Shown in pieces: positions 22,701-35,694 of a stretch of 64,000 bases of DNA; within the stretch, counting starts at the first letter, position 1; each line of letters opens with the position of its first letter. Source of the DNA: Hypanus sabinus (lineage: Eukaryota); the NCBI RefSeq assembly GCF_030144855.1, contig NC_082717.1, positions 101,308,001 to 101,372,000 on the forward strand, written 5' to 3'. The notes under the pieces are model-generated. The model did no database searches, was not told the origin of the DNA, and saw only the letters and a list, made by a program, of their open reading frames with translations. Position numbers and translations under genes: made by a program.

Positions 22701-24843
22701 AGTCCAGTCTATTCTATACCTTTGCCTGCCCTATCACCCCATTTCAGTGGCCTCCTCATGACAACTGGGACCGGGAGAGTACCGCAGATGTGGAGGAGGT
22801 GCCCGTAGGACCAGCAAATCTGTGCCAGGAAGGCCAACTCTGAGCTGCACTGTCTCACCACGATAGGAACATAGATGTTCTACCAACCTTTTAACCTACC
22901 CTAAGGTCAATCTAACCTCCATTTTTCTATCACCCAAGTGTCTATCTAAGAGTTTATGTGCCTCTACCATCACCCTGGCTGTGCATTCTGCAGATCCACC
23001 TCTCACCGTGTAGAGAATTTATCTCTGACTTCCCCGCTATACTTTCCTCCAAATCAGCTTAAAATGATGCCCCTTGTATTAGCAAATGGCTGGAGCTGGG
23101 AAACTGGAAGACGTTCAGAAAAGGCTGGAGCACTAGAGAAGTGGCAGTGGTAGGGAAGGTCTACAGATCTGAGCTTCATTCACCTGCTGCTTGATGTACT
23201 GAGGGGACATTCATTAATGATCCAGAATCTGGAGCCCTGCTGCCTGCCTGCACTGCAGAGGTCTGAACACACGACAGCACTTCGTGTATTGTGTGTCCTT
23301 CTGCTACTCTGCAACATTACTCACCCGATCATGCATTGTGCGCAGTTGTGCCACTGGAAAGAATGGACTCCAGGCTGTGTGTAAAGATTGGATCACGTGT
23401 TCATTTTATCAGCTATTGTTGGCCATGAAGGAATTAAAATATGGAAGAAAACTGTGAACTCGAATGGGTCAAGGACAGCGTAAGTAAACAAACCTTTGTC
23501 CTCGCCATGTACTTGAGGTGATAGAAGCTACCATTTTGTGAACTGATTCTTGCTCTGGGATAACTTGATCAGAGCAATTGAACTCAACATCAGACTGCCT
23601 TCGGGACTCCAGCTCCGGATATTTCCCTCGTGGTTCACTCCCGAAGCCTTCCCCGTGAGTGGGTGTAGCCACAAGGCAGTGGAGGTTTGGGATCAGAGTT
23701 TTCCATCTGCTAGGTGAGCTGCTGACGAGTCCCATCCACCGGGAGCAACTGGTTTCAGGGAGTCAGAAACACGCCTTTGCCTCTTCTCCTAGCAGTAGAC
23801 ACAGTTCCGCCAAGCCACACGTGAAGTGATGGGTGCGTGGAATGCCCACCAGGAGTGGTTGCAAACATTGAACACATTTTAAACACTCTTAGAGAGGCAC
23901 ATGAATGGTAGAAAAATGGAAGGTTGTGTAGGAGGGATTGATCTTTGAGCAGATTAAAAGGTCAACCCAAAATTGTGGGTTGAAAGGCCTGTACTGTGCT
24001 GTGTGCTATCTTCTATGTATCTAGAACCGGAGGCCTGTAAGTGCCCTGACTGATGAAGGGCAGCGGGCTAAAAGCCACCTTCGCCCCCGTCTACATGTGA
24101 TGCCACATTCAGGGAACGATGCACTCATAGCCCTAGAGAAATCTGTACTACAACACTCTGCAAGACCCCACTGTTCACTTTGAAAGTCCTGCCCTCACTT
24201 GTCTTCCTAGAGCGCAACGCCTTGCATTTATCTGAATTCAACCCCATCTGCAATTTCTTGACTCGTTTATCCAGCTGATCGAGATCTCCCTTTAAATCCT
24301 GAAATCCATCGTCACTGTCTACACACCATAATCTATTTTAATGTCATCTACAAACATCCCACACAAAATGCGGCAGGAACTCAGAATGGATGCGGCAGCA
24401 TCCATGGAAATGAGCAAACAGTCGATGTTTCAGACCGAGGCCCCTCTTCAGCACCTGAAGCATCGACTGTTTATTCATTTCGGTAGATGCTGCCTGACCT
24501 GCTGAGTTCCTCCAGCATTTTGTGTGTGTTGCTTTGGATTTTCAGCGCCTGCAGAATCTCTTGTGTTCATAGCTTACTAACCATGCCTCGTACACTCTCA
24601 TCCAAATCATTCGTATAGATGGTAAATAACAACCAGCCAGCACTAATTTTTTAGTTACACCACTAGTCACAGCCTCTGCATCTTCCCATCAAGCCAAATG
24701 TATGCCTTTTAACCATCTCACTCATATTCTAGCCCAAGGGCAACCTTGGTTCAAATGGATTTTATTTTTTCTAAATTCACAGTCCTGCCCACAGTACAGA
24801 ACAAAACAGAATTAAATGGCTGATGTGAGATGAGGTCGTAGAT

Positions 24844-24923
24844 CAGGGGCTCCCAACCTGGAATCCATGGACCCCTTGGTTCATGGTATTGGTCCATGGC
24901 GTAAACAAAGTTGGGAACATCTG
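24844..24923. mobile_element. 80-bp hAT (Charlie-like) MITE
   Basis: TIRs CAGGGGCTCCCAAC / GTTGGGAACATCTG; 8-bp TSD TCGTAGAT / CCCTAGAT (6/8). Confidence 0.7.
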
Positions 24924-27781
24924 CCCTAGATTATGATCAGTTTTTAACCTTGAGATTATGGTAACTGTGCTGCTTATTTGTAAGCTGTGATACTACTCAT
25001 TTCTATTAGTTTCAGTCCGAGTTTGATTTGACTGCTAGTACGCCACTTCACGATCAGAATTAGTCCGAATACTAATTACAATTAGACAGCAAGATGGATA
25101 TACTGGAAGTGAATCTAAACTACAACAGTAGTTTCAGGGAATACATCGCACTGTAAAGCCCAGATATAACACATATACAGCCCAGGACTATGACTCCTCT
25201 CTGAGTAATCACTCACTTTCTACATCTTGAAGCAGACAACCCACGTTTGACAGTCAGAGTAGGCAGCCAGCGCCTTGGTGACCCTTGGTGGTTTGTGAAA
25301 ATATAGAATGTAGGTAATTATCGACACACAAAAAAATCCCAGAGAAATTAAAACAATATTATTGTTGAAAATGGCTCTCTTTCAGTTTCCGGTGACTATA
25401 TTTAGAAACCATTTATAGCTTTAATTACCTGGAAAGGCTTTTATTTGCATATATCTTCGCATTTTTATAAAGTTGTTTAGCACAGATTTCCTGTTTTCCT
25501 CTAAATTTCCACTTGTCACTATATGTACATTGGTAGAAGTTATAAAGAACTGAACTGAATGAAGATTTAACAAAACACTTTTCTACAATAACTAAATAAC
25601 TTTCATTGAATGAGTCCCCAGTACTTAACACATTATGTAATGTCATATAACAAACACTTACAAACATTTTGAATTTGGTAATGAATCTAATTTGTTGAAA
25701 GTATAGACATACTGGTATCCCAGGAACTCGTGAGCTTGGGTGGAGTCGATCTGGTCCAGTTGGAGAATTGGTGATACCCAAGGTCTCACTGGGCACTAGA
25801 AGTCTGAAAAGCAGCCATTTATCTACATAGCTGGTAGGAGGGGAACCGTGATTGACTGAGGATAGGACTGCTGGCTGGGTTGGCTGGTGTGTGTGAAACC
25901 AGTATCCCAGCTCTTCCCGTCCCCAAAAATCTTCACAAAATCCTTGAAAAGGCTTTGAAGAAACTTCCAGTGTTTAGGAATGTTTCTGTATGCACTGGCT
26001 TTGCCTATCTGGCTCACTGGATGATGTTTGTGATGTTCATTTCCCACTCACCACGTTCTTGTGCTCTCAACTCAACAGGGTCCCAGTTCTCATATTCGCT
26101 TTCATCCACCTGCTCCCCACACTCACATCCACTCACTGGGGTTCTGGTATCGCCACTCCTGTTCTTCATCGGAGCCACAGTTCCCAGGCTCTCTTCCCCC
26201 TACCTGGAGCCCTGGTTTCCGTGATCCCTTGTAATTCACCAGGGTCCTGGTTCCTGCCCTCCCTCCCAGTGTGCTGAAGACACAGTGACTGGGACACTGT
26301 TCTGTAACATCAAGACCACTTACTTCAGGGCCACTTTCCCTCGACAGGCAAAATTCCATCAACCAGGGTTCACAAACTGATGGCCCATAGGTTTCATTTC
26401 AGAGAGTTGAGAGCAGGTTAGTTGCCAACAGCAGGCATATCACTTTGGGTACTGTTGGGAGGGATGACCTAGCGGAGGGGAGTCACAGAGCTTGTGTCTC
26501 TGGCACTGAGTCTGCCTCTGTGACCCGGAAGAAGCACGCTGGGGTGACAGGGGATTCGTTAATTACAGGAATGGACAGGAGGTTCTGTGGGCAAGGACGA
26601 GGTTCCCCGATGCTATGTTGCCTCCTGGGTGCCAGGGTCTGGGATATCTCGGATCGAGTTCTCAGCATTCTTAAGTGGGAGGGTAAACATCCAGAGGTCG
26701 CAGTCCATGTAGGCACCAATGACATAGGTAGGACGAATTAGGTCCTAAATTAAAGGGCAGGACCTCGAGGGTTCTGATCTCAGGACTGCTACCCGTGCCA
26801 CGTGCTAGTGAGGCTAGAAAGATTGTCCAGTTTAATATGTGGCTAAGGAGTTGATGTAGGAGGGAGGGCATAAGACTTTTGGATCTTTGGGCTCTCTTCC
26901 AGGGAATGTGGGACCTGTATAGGAGGGACAGTTTGCACTTGAACTGGAGGGGGATTAATATCCTAGTGGGGAAGTTTGTTAATGCTGCACAGTGGGGTTT
27001 AAACTAGAGCTGCAGGGGGATGGGAACCGGACTGCCAGAACAGTTAGTGGAGAGGTTGTGGAGGCAGATGTTGGAATCAAAATGTTGAGCATGGTGTAAC
27101 TAGTGTCCTGAGCTGTATATATTTCAATGCAAGATGTATCATAGGAAGGACGGGTGACAGTGCTGAGGAAGATGTAGTTAGTTTATAAACAGAGGCTCCA
27201 ATGAGACTCCAAGCAAGGAGAGGCTGATGACGGGGCAAAATTACAGTCAACAGGATGAGTTGCAACAAAGGCAGACAAAATGGAAAAGGGTGAATACAGG
27301 ACTGAAGATGGTACATCTGAGTGCGCGCAGCGTGCGAAATAAGATTGATGAACTTGCAGCAGTCACAGACTGGTAGGTACGATGTTGTGGGCATTGCTGA
27401 ATCATGGCTGAAAGAAGATTGTAGCTGGGAGCTGAATGTCCAGGGATACACATTGTATTGAAAGGGCAGGCAGGAAGGCAGAGGGAGTGGGGTTTCTCTG
27501 TTGGCAAAAAAAAAATCAAATCATTGGAAAGAGCTGACATACTGTTGGAAGGTGTTGAATCATTGTGGGTAGAGCTAAGGAACTGCAAGGGTAAAGAGAC
27601 CCTGATGGGAGTTGTATACAGACTCACCCAAACAGTAGTGAGGATGTGACCTACAAATTATAACAGGAGATAGAAAATGCATGCCAGAAGGACAGTGTTA
27701 CAATAGTCAGGGGGACCTCAATATGCAGGGAGATTGGGAAAACCAGGTTGGTGCTGGATTCCAGAAGGGGGAATTTCTAGA

Positions 27782-28683
27782 TGTCACAGGGGGACAGGAG
27801 GCTGGACCCAAGTGCAAGACGCAGGCGCTGAAGTACTAGGGGCAGGACAGGAATAACTAAAGGATAGAACCAGATGGGGAGACCAGGGCGTGCGAAAGAG
27901 ACGGGGCATGCTAGGTAATCCTGGAGTTCAGAGAGAGTTCGCAGCTAGGCTGGGTCCCGGAGTTCGCGGCTAGGCTGGAGAGCCCCCTGGGTGGCCACAT
28001 AACTCCAGGGCAGGGCCACCTCACAGGCAGGAACACAGAGGCCCAGGCAAGACGCGGAACACCTGGGCAGGTAGCAGGCACAACCCGTAGGGAGCAAGGG
28101 GTAGGAAGGGGCGGAGACCTCAGGGTGGGCCACATACTCCAGGACAGGGCCACCTCCCAGACAGGAACACGGAGGCCCGGGCAAGACGTGGAACACCTGG
28201 GCAGGTAGCAGGCACAACCCGTAGGGAGCAAGGGGTAGGAAGGGGACAGAGTCCCCCCGCTGGGCAACAGCAGTCCGGCCTGCTACCCGACGGAGGCAAG
28301 GGATCGGAAGGGAACTTGGTCCGGGGTGACTCCAAGGCTGACTCACAGAACTTGAGGATGAAGCCGTGGGCCCTCCAAGCCGGGATGACCGGAAGGAACA
28401 GAGCCGATTGGACGAAACACCTCAGAACATGACAAACCAGCTCATACAAGACACACAGCAAACAGGACAAAACAGGTTCAGAGCAGGATGACCCCCCAAC
28501 TAGGCTTGGTCCCAAATTCCCTTATATCCACCTGCCAGCTGACAGGCCACAGGTGCACCTTCTTAAGCCAAGATGATCCTTTTTGGCTAAAGGGTGACAG
28601 GAGGGACTGCTGCAAGACCCAGAGTCTGGAGTCCACGGACCGGATCAAGACCCGGAATGCGGGTTCTGGACCGGACCATAACA
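27782..28683 (-). mobile_element. Solo LTR (902 bp, Gypsy-like) inside CR1 ORF2, with an internal 134-bp-period duplication
   Basis: Minus-strand TGTTATG...GTGACA, exact TSD CTAGA (27777-27781/28684-28688) splitting EFLE-CL codons. Confidence 0.88.
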
Positions 28684-29832
28684 CTAGAATGTCTATGAAA
28701 GCAGCTCACGGTTGAGTCCACTAGGGGATCAGCTATTCTGGATTGCGTGTTGTGCAATGAACCGGGATTGATTAAAGACCTTTTTTGTAAAAGCACCCTT
28801 AGGAGCAAGTGATCATAATTTGATCAAATTCGCACTGAAATTTGAGGAGAAGCTAGAGTCAGATGTATCAGTATTACAGTGAATAAAGGAAATCACAAAG
28901 GCATGAGAGAGGAGTTGGTCAGAATTGATTGGAAAAGAACACTGGCAGGGATGACAGCAGAGCAGCAACGGCTGGAATTTCTGTAAACAATTCGGGAGGT
29001 ACAGGATATATACATCCCAAAGAGGAAGAAGTATTCTAAAGGAAAGATGATAAGACTGTAAACACGAGGAAATCTGCAGATGCTGGAAATTCAAACAACA
29101 ACAACACAAAATGCTGGTGGAACGCAACAGGCCAGGCAGCATCTATAGGGAGAAGTACAGTCGATGTCGATAGTACCTCTCCCTATAGATGCTGCCTGAC
29201 CTGCTGTGTTCCACCAGCATTTTGTGTATGATAAAACTGTGGCTGACAAAGGAAGTCAAAGCCAACATAAAAGCCAAAGTGAGGGCAGATAACAGAGCAA
29301 AAATTAGTGGGAAGTTAGAGGATTGGAAAGCCTTTAAATGCCAACAGAAGGCAACTGAAAAAGTCATTAAGAAGGTAAAGATGGAATACAAAGGCAAGCT
29401 AGCCAATAATATTAAACAGGACACCAAAAGTTTCTTCAGATACATTTAGTGTACAAGAGAGGTGAAAGTAGATATCGAACTGCGGGGAAGTGATGCTGCA
29501 GAGGTAGTAATGGGGGAGAAGGAGATGGCAGAGGAACTGAAAAAGTTTTTGCTTCAGTCTTCACTGTGGAAGACACTGTAGCAGGATGGTGGAAGTTCCA
29601 GGTGTCAGGGGTCATGAAGTGTGTGAAGTTGCCATAAGCAAAGAGCAGGTTCTTGGGAAACTGAAAGGTCTGAAGGTAGATAAGACATCTGGACCAGAGG
29701 GTGTACACCCCAGGGTTCAGAAAGAGGTGGCTGAGGACACTAGTAATGATCTTTCAAGAATCACTAGATTCTGGAATGGTTCTGGAAGACTGGGAAATTG
29801 GAAATGTCACTCCACTCTTCAAGAAGGGAGAG

Positions 29833-30640
29833 AGGTTTCAAAGGTACATGAAATGTCAGAGAAATGTATACAATATACATCCTGAAATACTTTTTCTTCG
29901 CAAAACATCCACAAAAACAGAAGAGTGCCCCAATGAATGAATGACAGTTAAATGTTAGAACCCCAAAGCCCCCCCAGCTCCCCCCTCCCTCCTACGCGTA
30001 AGCGGCAGCAAAGCAACAATCCCCTCTCCCCCCACCAGCAAAAGAAAGTATTGTCTCCCTGCCACAGTGCACTCAAGCGTGAGCAAAGCAACAGCAAAGA
30101 CACAGACTTGCAGTTACCCCAGAGACTACTCGTTCACCCGGTATTTGATGTACCACAGGCTCTCTCTCTTCTCCCTGATAAGGAAGCACGAGGTGTCTCC
30201 ATTTCACAGCGAGAGGGGAGACATAACAAACAACTCACTGGTTTACGATGTTAAAAGTCCGTTCTGTCACTTTTTCCGAGCTCTGTGCCCAAAGATCTCA
30301 GGTCTCTGGGCACACAGCCAGAGATCTTCTGTCTCCAACGACACATCGATCTCCTGCCGGGACACCGGCCTCTGATCCCCCCATCTCCAGAGCCACGGAA
30401 TCTCGATCCTCCGAAGGCGAGCGAAGCTCTTAGGCCGCGCCCTTGGCGTGCCGAACAACGGCCAAACCCCGAGAGCGGGCCCCACTCCCGCAAAGAACTG
30501 AAGTCAGCGTGTGACTCCGGGTCAGGGTCTCCCAAAGAACCCTTAAAGGGGAAAATAGAGATACTAAAGATGGAAACAGAGCAGTTTCCGAAGATGCAAG
30601 CAAAGGAGTCGCCATTAATCCTCCTAAGCTCCACCCCATA
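29833..30640 (-). mobile_element. Non-autonomous non-LTR element nested in CR1
   Basis: Interrupts PLFKKGER|..KGNYRP; non-coding; tail resembles Rex1-type 3' ends in the window. Confidence 0.6.
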
Positions 30641-32349
30641 AAAAGGCAAAATAAAGGAAACTATAGGCCAGTTAGTCTGACCTCAGTGGTTGGGAAGATG
30701 TAGAGTTGATTATCAAGGATGAGGTCTCAGGGTACTTGGAGGCATGTGATAAAATAGGCCAAAGTCAGCATAGTTTCCTCAAAGGAAAATCTTGCCTGAC
30801 AAATCTGTTGGAATTCTTTGAAGAAGTAACAAGCAGGATAAACAAAGGAGAAGTGGTTGATGTTGTGTGCTTGGATTTTTGGAAGGCCTTTGACAAGGTG
30901 CTATCCGTGAGGCTGCTTAACAAGCATGGTATTAGATTCTAGCGTGGATAAAGCAGTGGCTGATCGGCAGGAGGCAAAGACTGGGAATAGGGGGAGCCTT
31001 TCCTGGCTGGCTGCTGGTGACTGGTGGTGTTCCACAGGGATCTGTGTTGGGACTGCTTCTTTTTACATTATATGTCAATGATTTGGATGATGGAATTAAT
31101 GGCTGTGTTGCAAAGTTTGCAGACAACATGAAGATAAATGGAGGGGCATGTTGCTTTGAGGAAGGAGAGAGGCTATGGATGGACAAATTAGGAGAAAGGG
31201 CAAAGAAGCAGCAGATGGAATACAGTGTCGGGAAGTGTGTGGTCATGCACTTGGTAGAAGAAATGAATGGGCTCACTGTTTTCTGAATGGAGAGAAAATG
31301 CAAAAAAAAATGAGGTGCAAAGGGACTTGGGAGTCCATGTGCAGGATTCCCTAAGGATTAATTTGCAGGTTGAGTCTGGTGAGGAAGACAGAAGTGATGT
31401 TCACGTTCATTTCAAGAAGACTAGAACAATGTAACATTGAGACTTCATAAAGCACTGGTGAGGCCTCACCCTGGGTCTTGTGAGCAGTTTTGGGCTCCTT
31501 ATCTCAGAAAGGATGTGTTGAAACTGGAGAGGGTTCAAAGAAGTTCACTAAAATGGAATTCATTGCCACATTCAGCTGTGGAGACCATGCCTTTATGTAT
31601 ATTTAAGGCAGAGTTTGATAGATCTTGGATTGGTCAGGACATGAAGGGATATGGGGAGAAGGCAGGAGACTGGAGCTGAGAGAAAATGTGGATCAGACAT
31701 GATAAAATGGCAGAGCAGACTTGATGGGCCAAATGGCCTAATTCTGCTCCTATAGTGTATGGTCGTGTGGTTTTAACTAGAAAATTTGCTGATTGTAAAC
31801 AGTCGCCAATAAAAAGAAGTTCAGTTCAAGTGAATTGGCCATCAACTGTAAACGTGCAACATGGAGTGTAAAGCGATGTCAAAAGGAGGGGTGGGTGTGT
31901 GGAATATGCTGCCAGATGTGGTGGTAAATGAAGATACAATAAGGGCATTTAAGAGACTTTCAGATAGCACATTGATGCAAGAAAAATGAAGAGTTTTGGG
32001 CAGTGTAGAGGAAAGGCTTAGATTGAACTTGAGTAAGTTAAAAAGTGGGCACAACTTTGTGGGTCATAGAATCTGTTCTGTGGTCTTTTTAACTAGAGAC
32101 TCTGAATTCTAATTCTACCTTTAAATTCTCTTATTGGTCACAGCTGGACCGCTCATCCTGCTAGCCAGTGGTGGTAGTCTAGTGAGCCAGGTTCAATCCC
32201 AAACTGCAGTATTGNNNNNNNNNNNNNNNNNNNNNNNNNNNNNNNNNNNNNNNNNNNNNNNNNNNNNNNNNNNNNNNNNNNNNNNNNNNNNNNNNNNNNN
32301 NNNNNNNNNNNNNNNNNNNNNNNNNNNNNNNNNNNNNNNNNNNNAGTTC

Positions 32350-33100
32350 AAGTGTGTGTGTGTTGGTGTGTGTGAGTGCGAGTGCGTATGCGAGTGTATA
32401 TGCGAGTGCGAGTGCGTATGCAAGTGTGACTGTGTGTATGTGTGTGTTGGTGTGTGTGAGTGCGAGTGTGTATGCGAGTGTATATGCGAGTGCGAGTGCG
32501 TATGCAAGTGTGACTGTGTGTATGTGTGTGTTGGTGTGTGTGATTGCGAGTGTGTATGCGAGTGAGAGTGTGTGTGAGTGTTGGTGTGTGTGAGGGCGAG
32601 TGTATATGCGAGTGCGAGTGCATATGCAAGTGTGAATGTGTGTATGTGTGTGTTGGTGTGTGTGAGTGCGAGTGTGTATGCGAGTGTGAGTGTGTGAGTG
32701 CGAGTGTGTATGCGAGTGTGAGTGTGTGAGTGCGAGTGTGTATGCGAGTGTGAGTGTGTGAGTGCGAGTGTGTGTTGGTGTGTGTGAGTGTAAGTGTGTA
32801 TGTTGGTGCGTGTGAGTGCGAGTGTGTATGCAAGTGTGAGTGTGTGTGTGTGTTGGTGTGTGTGAGTGCGAGTGTGTATGCGAGTGTGTGTTGGTGTGTG
32901 TGAGTGTAAGTGTGTGTGTGTGTTGGTGCGTGTGAGTGTGAGTGTGTATGCAAGTGTGAATGTGTGTGTGCTGGTGTGTGTGAGTGCGAGTGTATATGCG
33001 AGTGCGAGTGTGTGTGCAAGTGTGAGTGTGTGTGTGTTGGTGTATGTGAGTGTGTGTGTGCACGCGTGTTGGGGTCTGTGCGTTAGGGTGTGTGTGCAAG
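32350..33100. repeat. GT-derived compound repeat adjacent to assembly gap (N 32215-32343)
   Basis: gagtgc/gtatgc/gttggtgt modules with ~82-bp higher-order repeats. Confidence 0.95.
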
Positions 33101-33282
33101 TTTGTGTCCGCCAAGTGTTCTGGTGTACTGCCACATCCCAAAGGCATGCTGGTACATTACCTGTTAATGGCAAAGGGAAACAAAAGGAAGTTTCTGGGAG
33201 AGAATGAGTTTGTTTGTTTGTTGATTGTGATGCAGAGTGGAATACGTACCTCCGGACCTTTGAACTACGCTGCCCAAGCAAC

Positions 33283-34165
33283 CCCTAATTTAATCCTAGC
33301 CTAATCACAGGACAATTTACAATGACCAATTAATCTATCAACTGATACATCTTTGGACTGTGGGAGGAAACCGGAGCACTCGGAGGAAACCCACACAGTG
33401 ACGGTGACAACGTACAAACTCCTTATAGACAGTGGCAGGAATTGAACCCGGGTCGCTGGTACTGTAAAGTGTTGTGTTTACCACTACACTACCGTGCGAT
33501 GGGAATTGAACCCAGGTCACTGGTACTGTAAAGCGTTGTGCTAACCACTTGATGCACCATCAATAACTCTCTCTGAGACGTAAAGGCGAGATATCGGCTT
33601 TTATTGACTGGAAGAAAGAACAAGCAGTAGTTGACCACCATACTACATCTGGAGACTGAGAGGCCGGGCTCAGGCCTCAATCGCCTTTATATAGGGGTCT
33701 GTGGGAGGAGCCACAGGAGCAGTCAGCAGGGGGCATGTCCAGACAGGCACATAGTTCACCACACCACTACACTACCGTGTGATGGGAATTGAACCCGGGT
33801 CACTGGTACTGTAAATTGTTGTGCTAAACACTACACTACCGTGCGATGGGAATTGAACCCTGGTCACTGGTACTGTAAAGCGTTGTGCTAACCACTACAC
33901 TACCGTGTGATGGGAATTGAACCCTGGTCACTGGTACTGTAAATTGTTGTGCTAAACACTACACTACCGTGCGATGGGAATTGAACCCTGGTCACTGGTA
34001 CTGTAAAGCGTTGTGCTAACCACTACACTACCGTGCGATGGGAATTGAACCCTGGTCACTGGTACTGTAAAGTGTCGTGCTAACCACTACACTACTGTGC
34101 GATGGGAATTGAACCCTGGTCACTGGTACTGTAAAGCGTGCTAACCACTACACTGCCATGCTGCC
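33283..34165 (-). mobile_element. V-SINE whose 64-bp tRNA-derived head is tandemly amplified 8x (33438-34165)
   Basis: Units start near 33438, 33501, 33784, 33848, 33912, 33976, 34040, 34104; each has A box TAGTGTAGTGG and B box GGTTCAATTCC. Confidence 0.9.
33550..33763 (-). mobile_element. Solo LTR (same family as 44-261) inserted in unit 2 of the SINE-head array
   Basis: TG...CA ends, exact TSD CCACT (33545-33549/33764-33768). Confidence 0.92.
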
Positions 34166-35694
34166 CAAGTTCCAGGGGTAGAGGAAAATCAGGAGAGTGG
34201 GACCAGTGGCGTTGGTCTGTATGGTCTGAAGTGAGGTGTAATATATATATCATATGTAGTATATTGGCCAGTAACCCACCTAGTTAACCCTAGCCTAATC
34301 ACAGGACAATTTATATTAAACAGTAAACCTACTAACTAGAACATCTTTGGAGTGTGGGAAGAAACCCACGCGTTTACAGAGAGAACTGTACAAGCTCCTT
34401 GGAACTGAACTCTGAGCTCTGTTACCTTGAGCAGAATAGTACCGTGCTATCTGCTACGCCACCGTGGGCTGCGGTTTGTGGCGTTGTGCGGTGGGGCGGG
34501 TCGGTAGGGGGCCTCACGTTGACAAGGAGCTCCTCTGGCACCCACACACATCAGAGGCATAAGTGCCTTGCATCTGGAGAGGAGTCTACACTGGTTGACT
34601 GGTGGTCATCGGTTCTGAAAATTAGTCTCACTCTAACAGGAAGTGTGCTGGGGGTGAGACATGACATTCTGAGAAATGCAATAGGGCAAGAATACAGCCT
34701 TGCTCAACACTTCCAATTGTCTTAGCAGGGTACACGAACCAACGCCAGGGTCTGCTTCCAAGCCAGTGAGGCCCTGTTTACACTCAGCTCCATGAGACAG
34801 ACCGGGTCTGGCACACATTAGACACCTCCACTCCAACAGATGACCAGGTGGTCGGAAAAGAGGGGAAGCTACAAGAAAGTGCCAAAAAGCTCCTTAAAGA
34901 TCGGACACCTCCAGCCATGGGGAACCCTGGCCATTGACCACTCGAGGTGGTATTGAGACCCTCGGAGTCACTGCATTGGGAGAACTCAGAAGGAATGCAC
35001 CATCCCACAGATTTTCCTGCCGCCTCTTGAGGACGAGACTTGTTTCCTACATCGTCTCTGTCAGTCAAGTCAGAATCCACAGAACTGCAGGGATACGATC
35101 AACTGTGCTTTAGACATGGTGGGGAGGGTACAGCTGAGGAACAGGCCCTTCAGCCCACAATATTGTGAAAAACTAACTTAATGACAACCTAATCCCTTCT
35201 GACTGCACATGGTCCATACCCACCCCCCAACCACTCGCTGCATATTCACATGCCTATCCAATTCTCCAGATGTGGCCAAACCAGTTTCATAAAGTTGCAA
35301 CATACAACACTGTCTTGAACTCATTTCTTTGACTAATACATGTAACCATGTCATACATCTTCTTTACCACCTTATGAACCTGTGCAGCCACTTTCAGGGA
35401 GTTTTGGGCTTGGAAGTGTTTTTAAAGACCATTAGCTCTTCAAACGTTAGTTTAATAGCTATACTCTTTAATATAGTTAGGTCACCAACAATTGATGTAA
35501 GACCCTGGTTTTGGGTTGAACTAAATCACATTTGGTCTTTACATAAAATCCTAGCATTTTACAATCACTCTTCCCTCAAAGTCTCTTAACCAATAGATTA
35601 TTAATTTATAAATCTTTTCTCATCAGTCTTAAATGTAGCTTTCTTGAATGAAATTCATGTTTGAAATTTTACTTTCTCAGTGTTATCATTTCAG

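Larger units (their letters stand above)
26420..31770 (+). mobile_element. Decayed near-full-length CR1 LINE (ORF1 SGNH esterase, ORF2 EN and RT) with three nested insertions
   Basis: GDS...HVGTNDIG esterase motifs; VESLWVEL..GVVYR; KSCLTNLLEFFE; GVPQGSVLG..FAD; many stops and frameshifts. Confidence 0.92.

Noticed and set aside
23570-23820. RTE-like 5' UTR element possibly carrying an HDV-like ribozyme
   Set aside because: Could not build the nested double pseudoknot by eye; needs an RNArobo or Infernal search
26052-26200. Possible exon ending |gtgagt encoding ..DESEYENWDP..
   Set aside because: No credible acceptor, upstream in-frame stop, no recognised homolog
32134-33281. His/Thr- and Cys/Val-rich ORFs up to 362 aa
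   Set aside because: Translations of a GT-derived compound repeat plus gap
33438-34165. CRISPR-like appearance of the regularly spaced repeat
   Set aside because: Whole 64-bp units repeat with no unique spacers, no cas genes, vertebrate context; units are SINE heads
33438-34165. tRNA gene cluster
   Set aside because: Units lack a pairing acceptor stem and a proper anticodon stem, and are contiguous with a SINE body
34784-35084. 98-aa minus ORF after a ccctgcag acceptor
   Set aside because: No recognisable homology or partner exons
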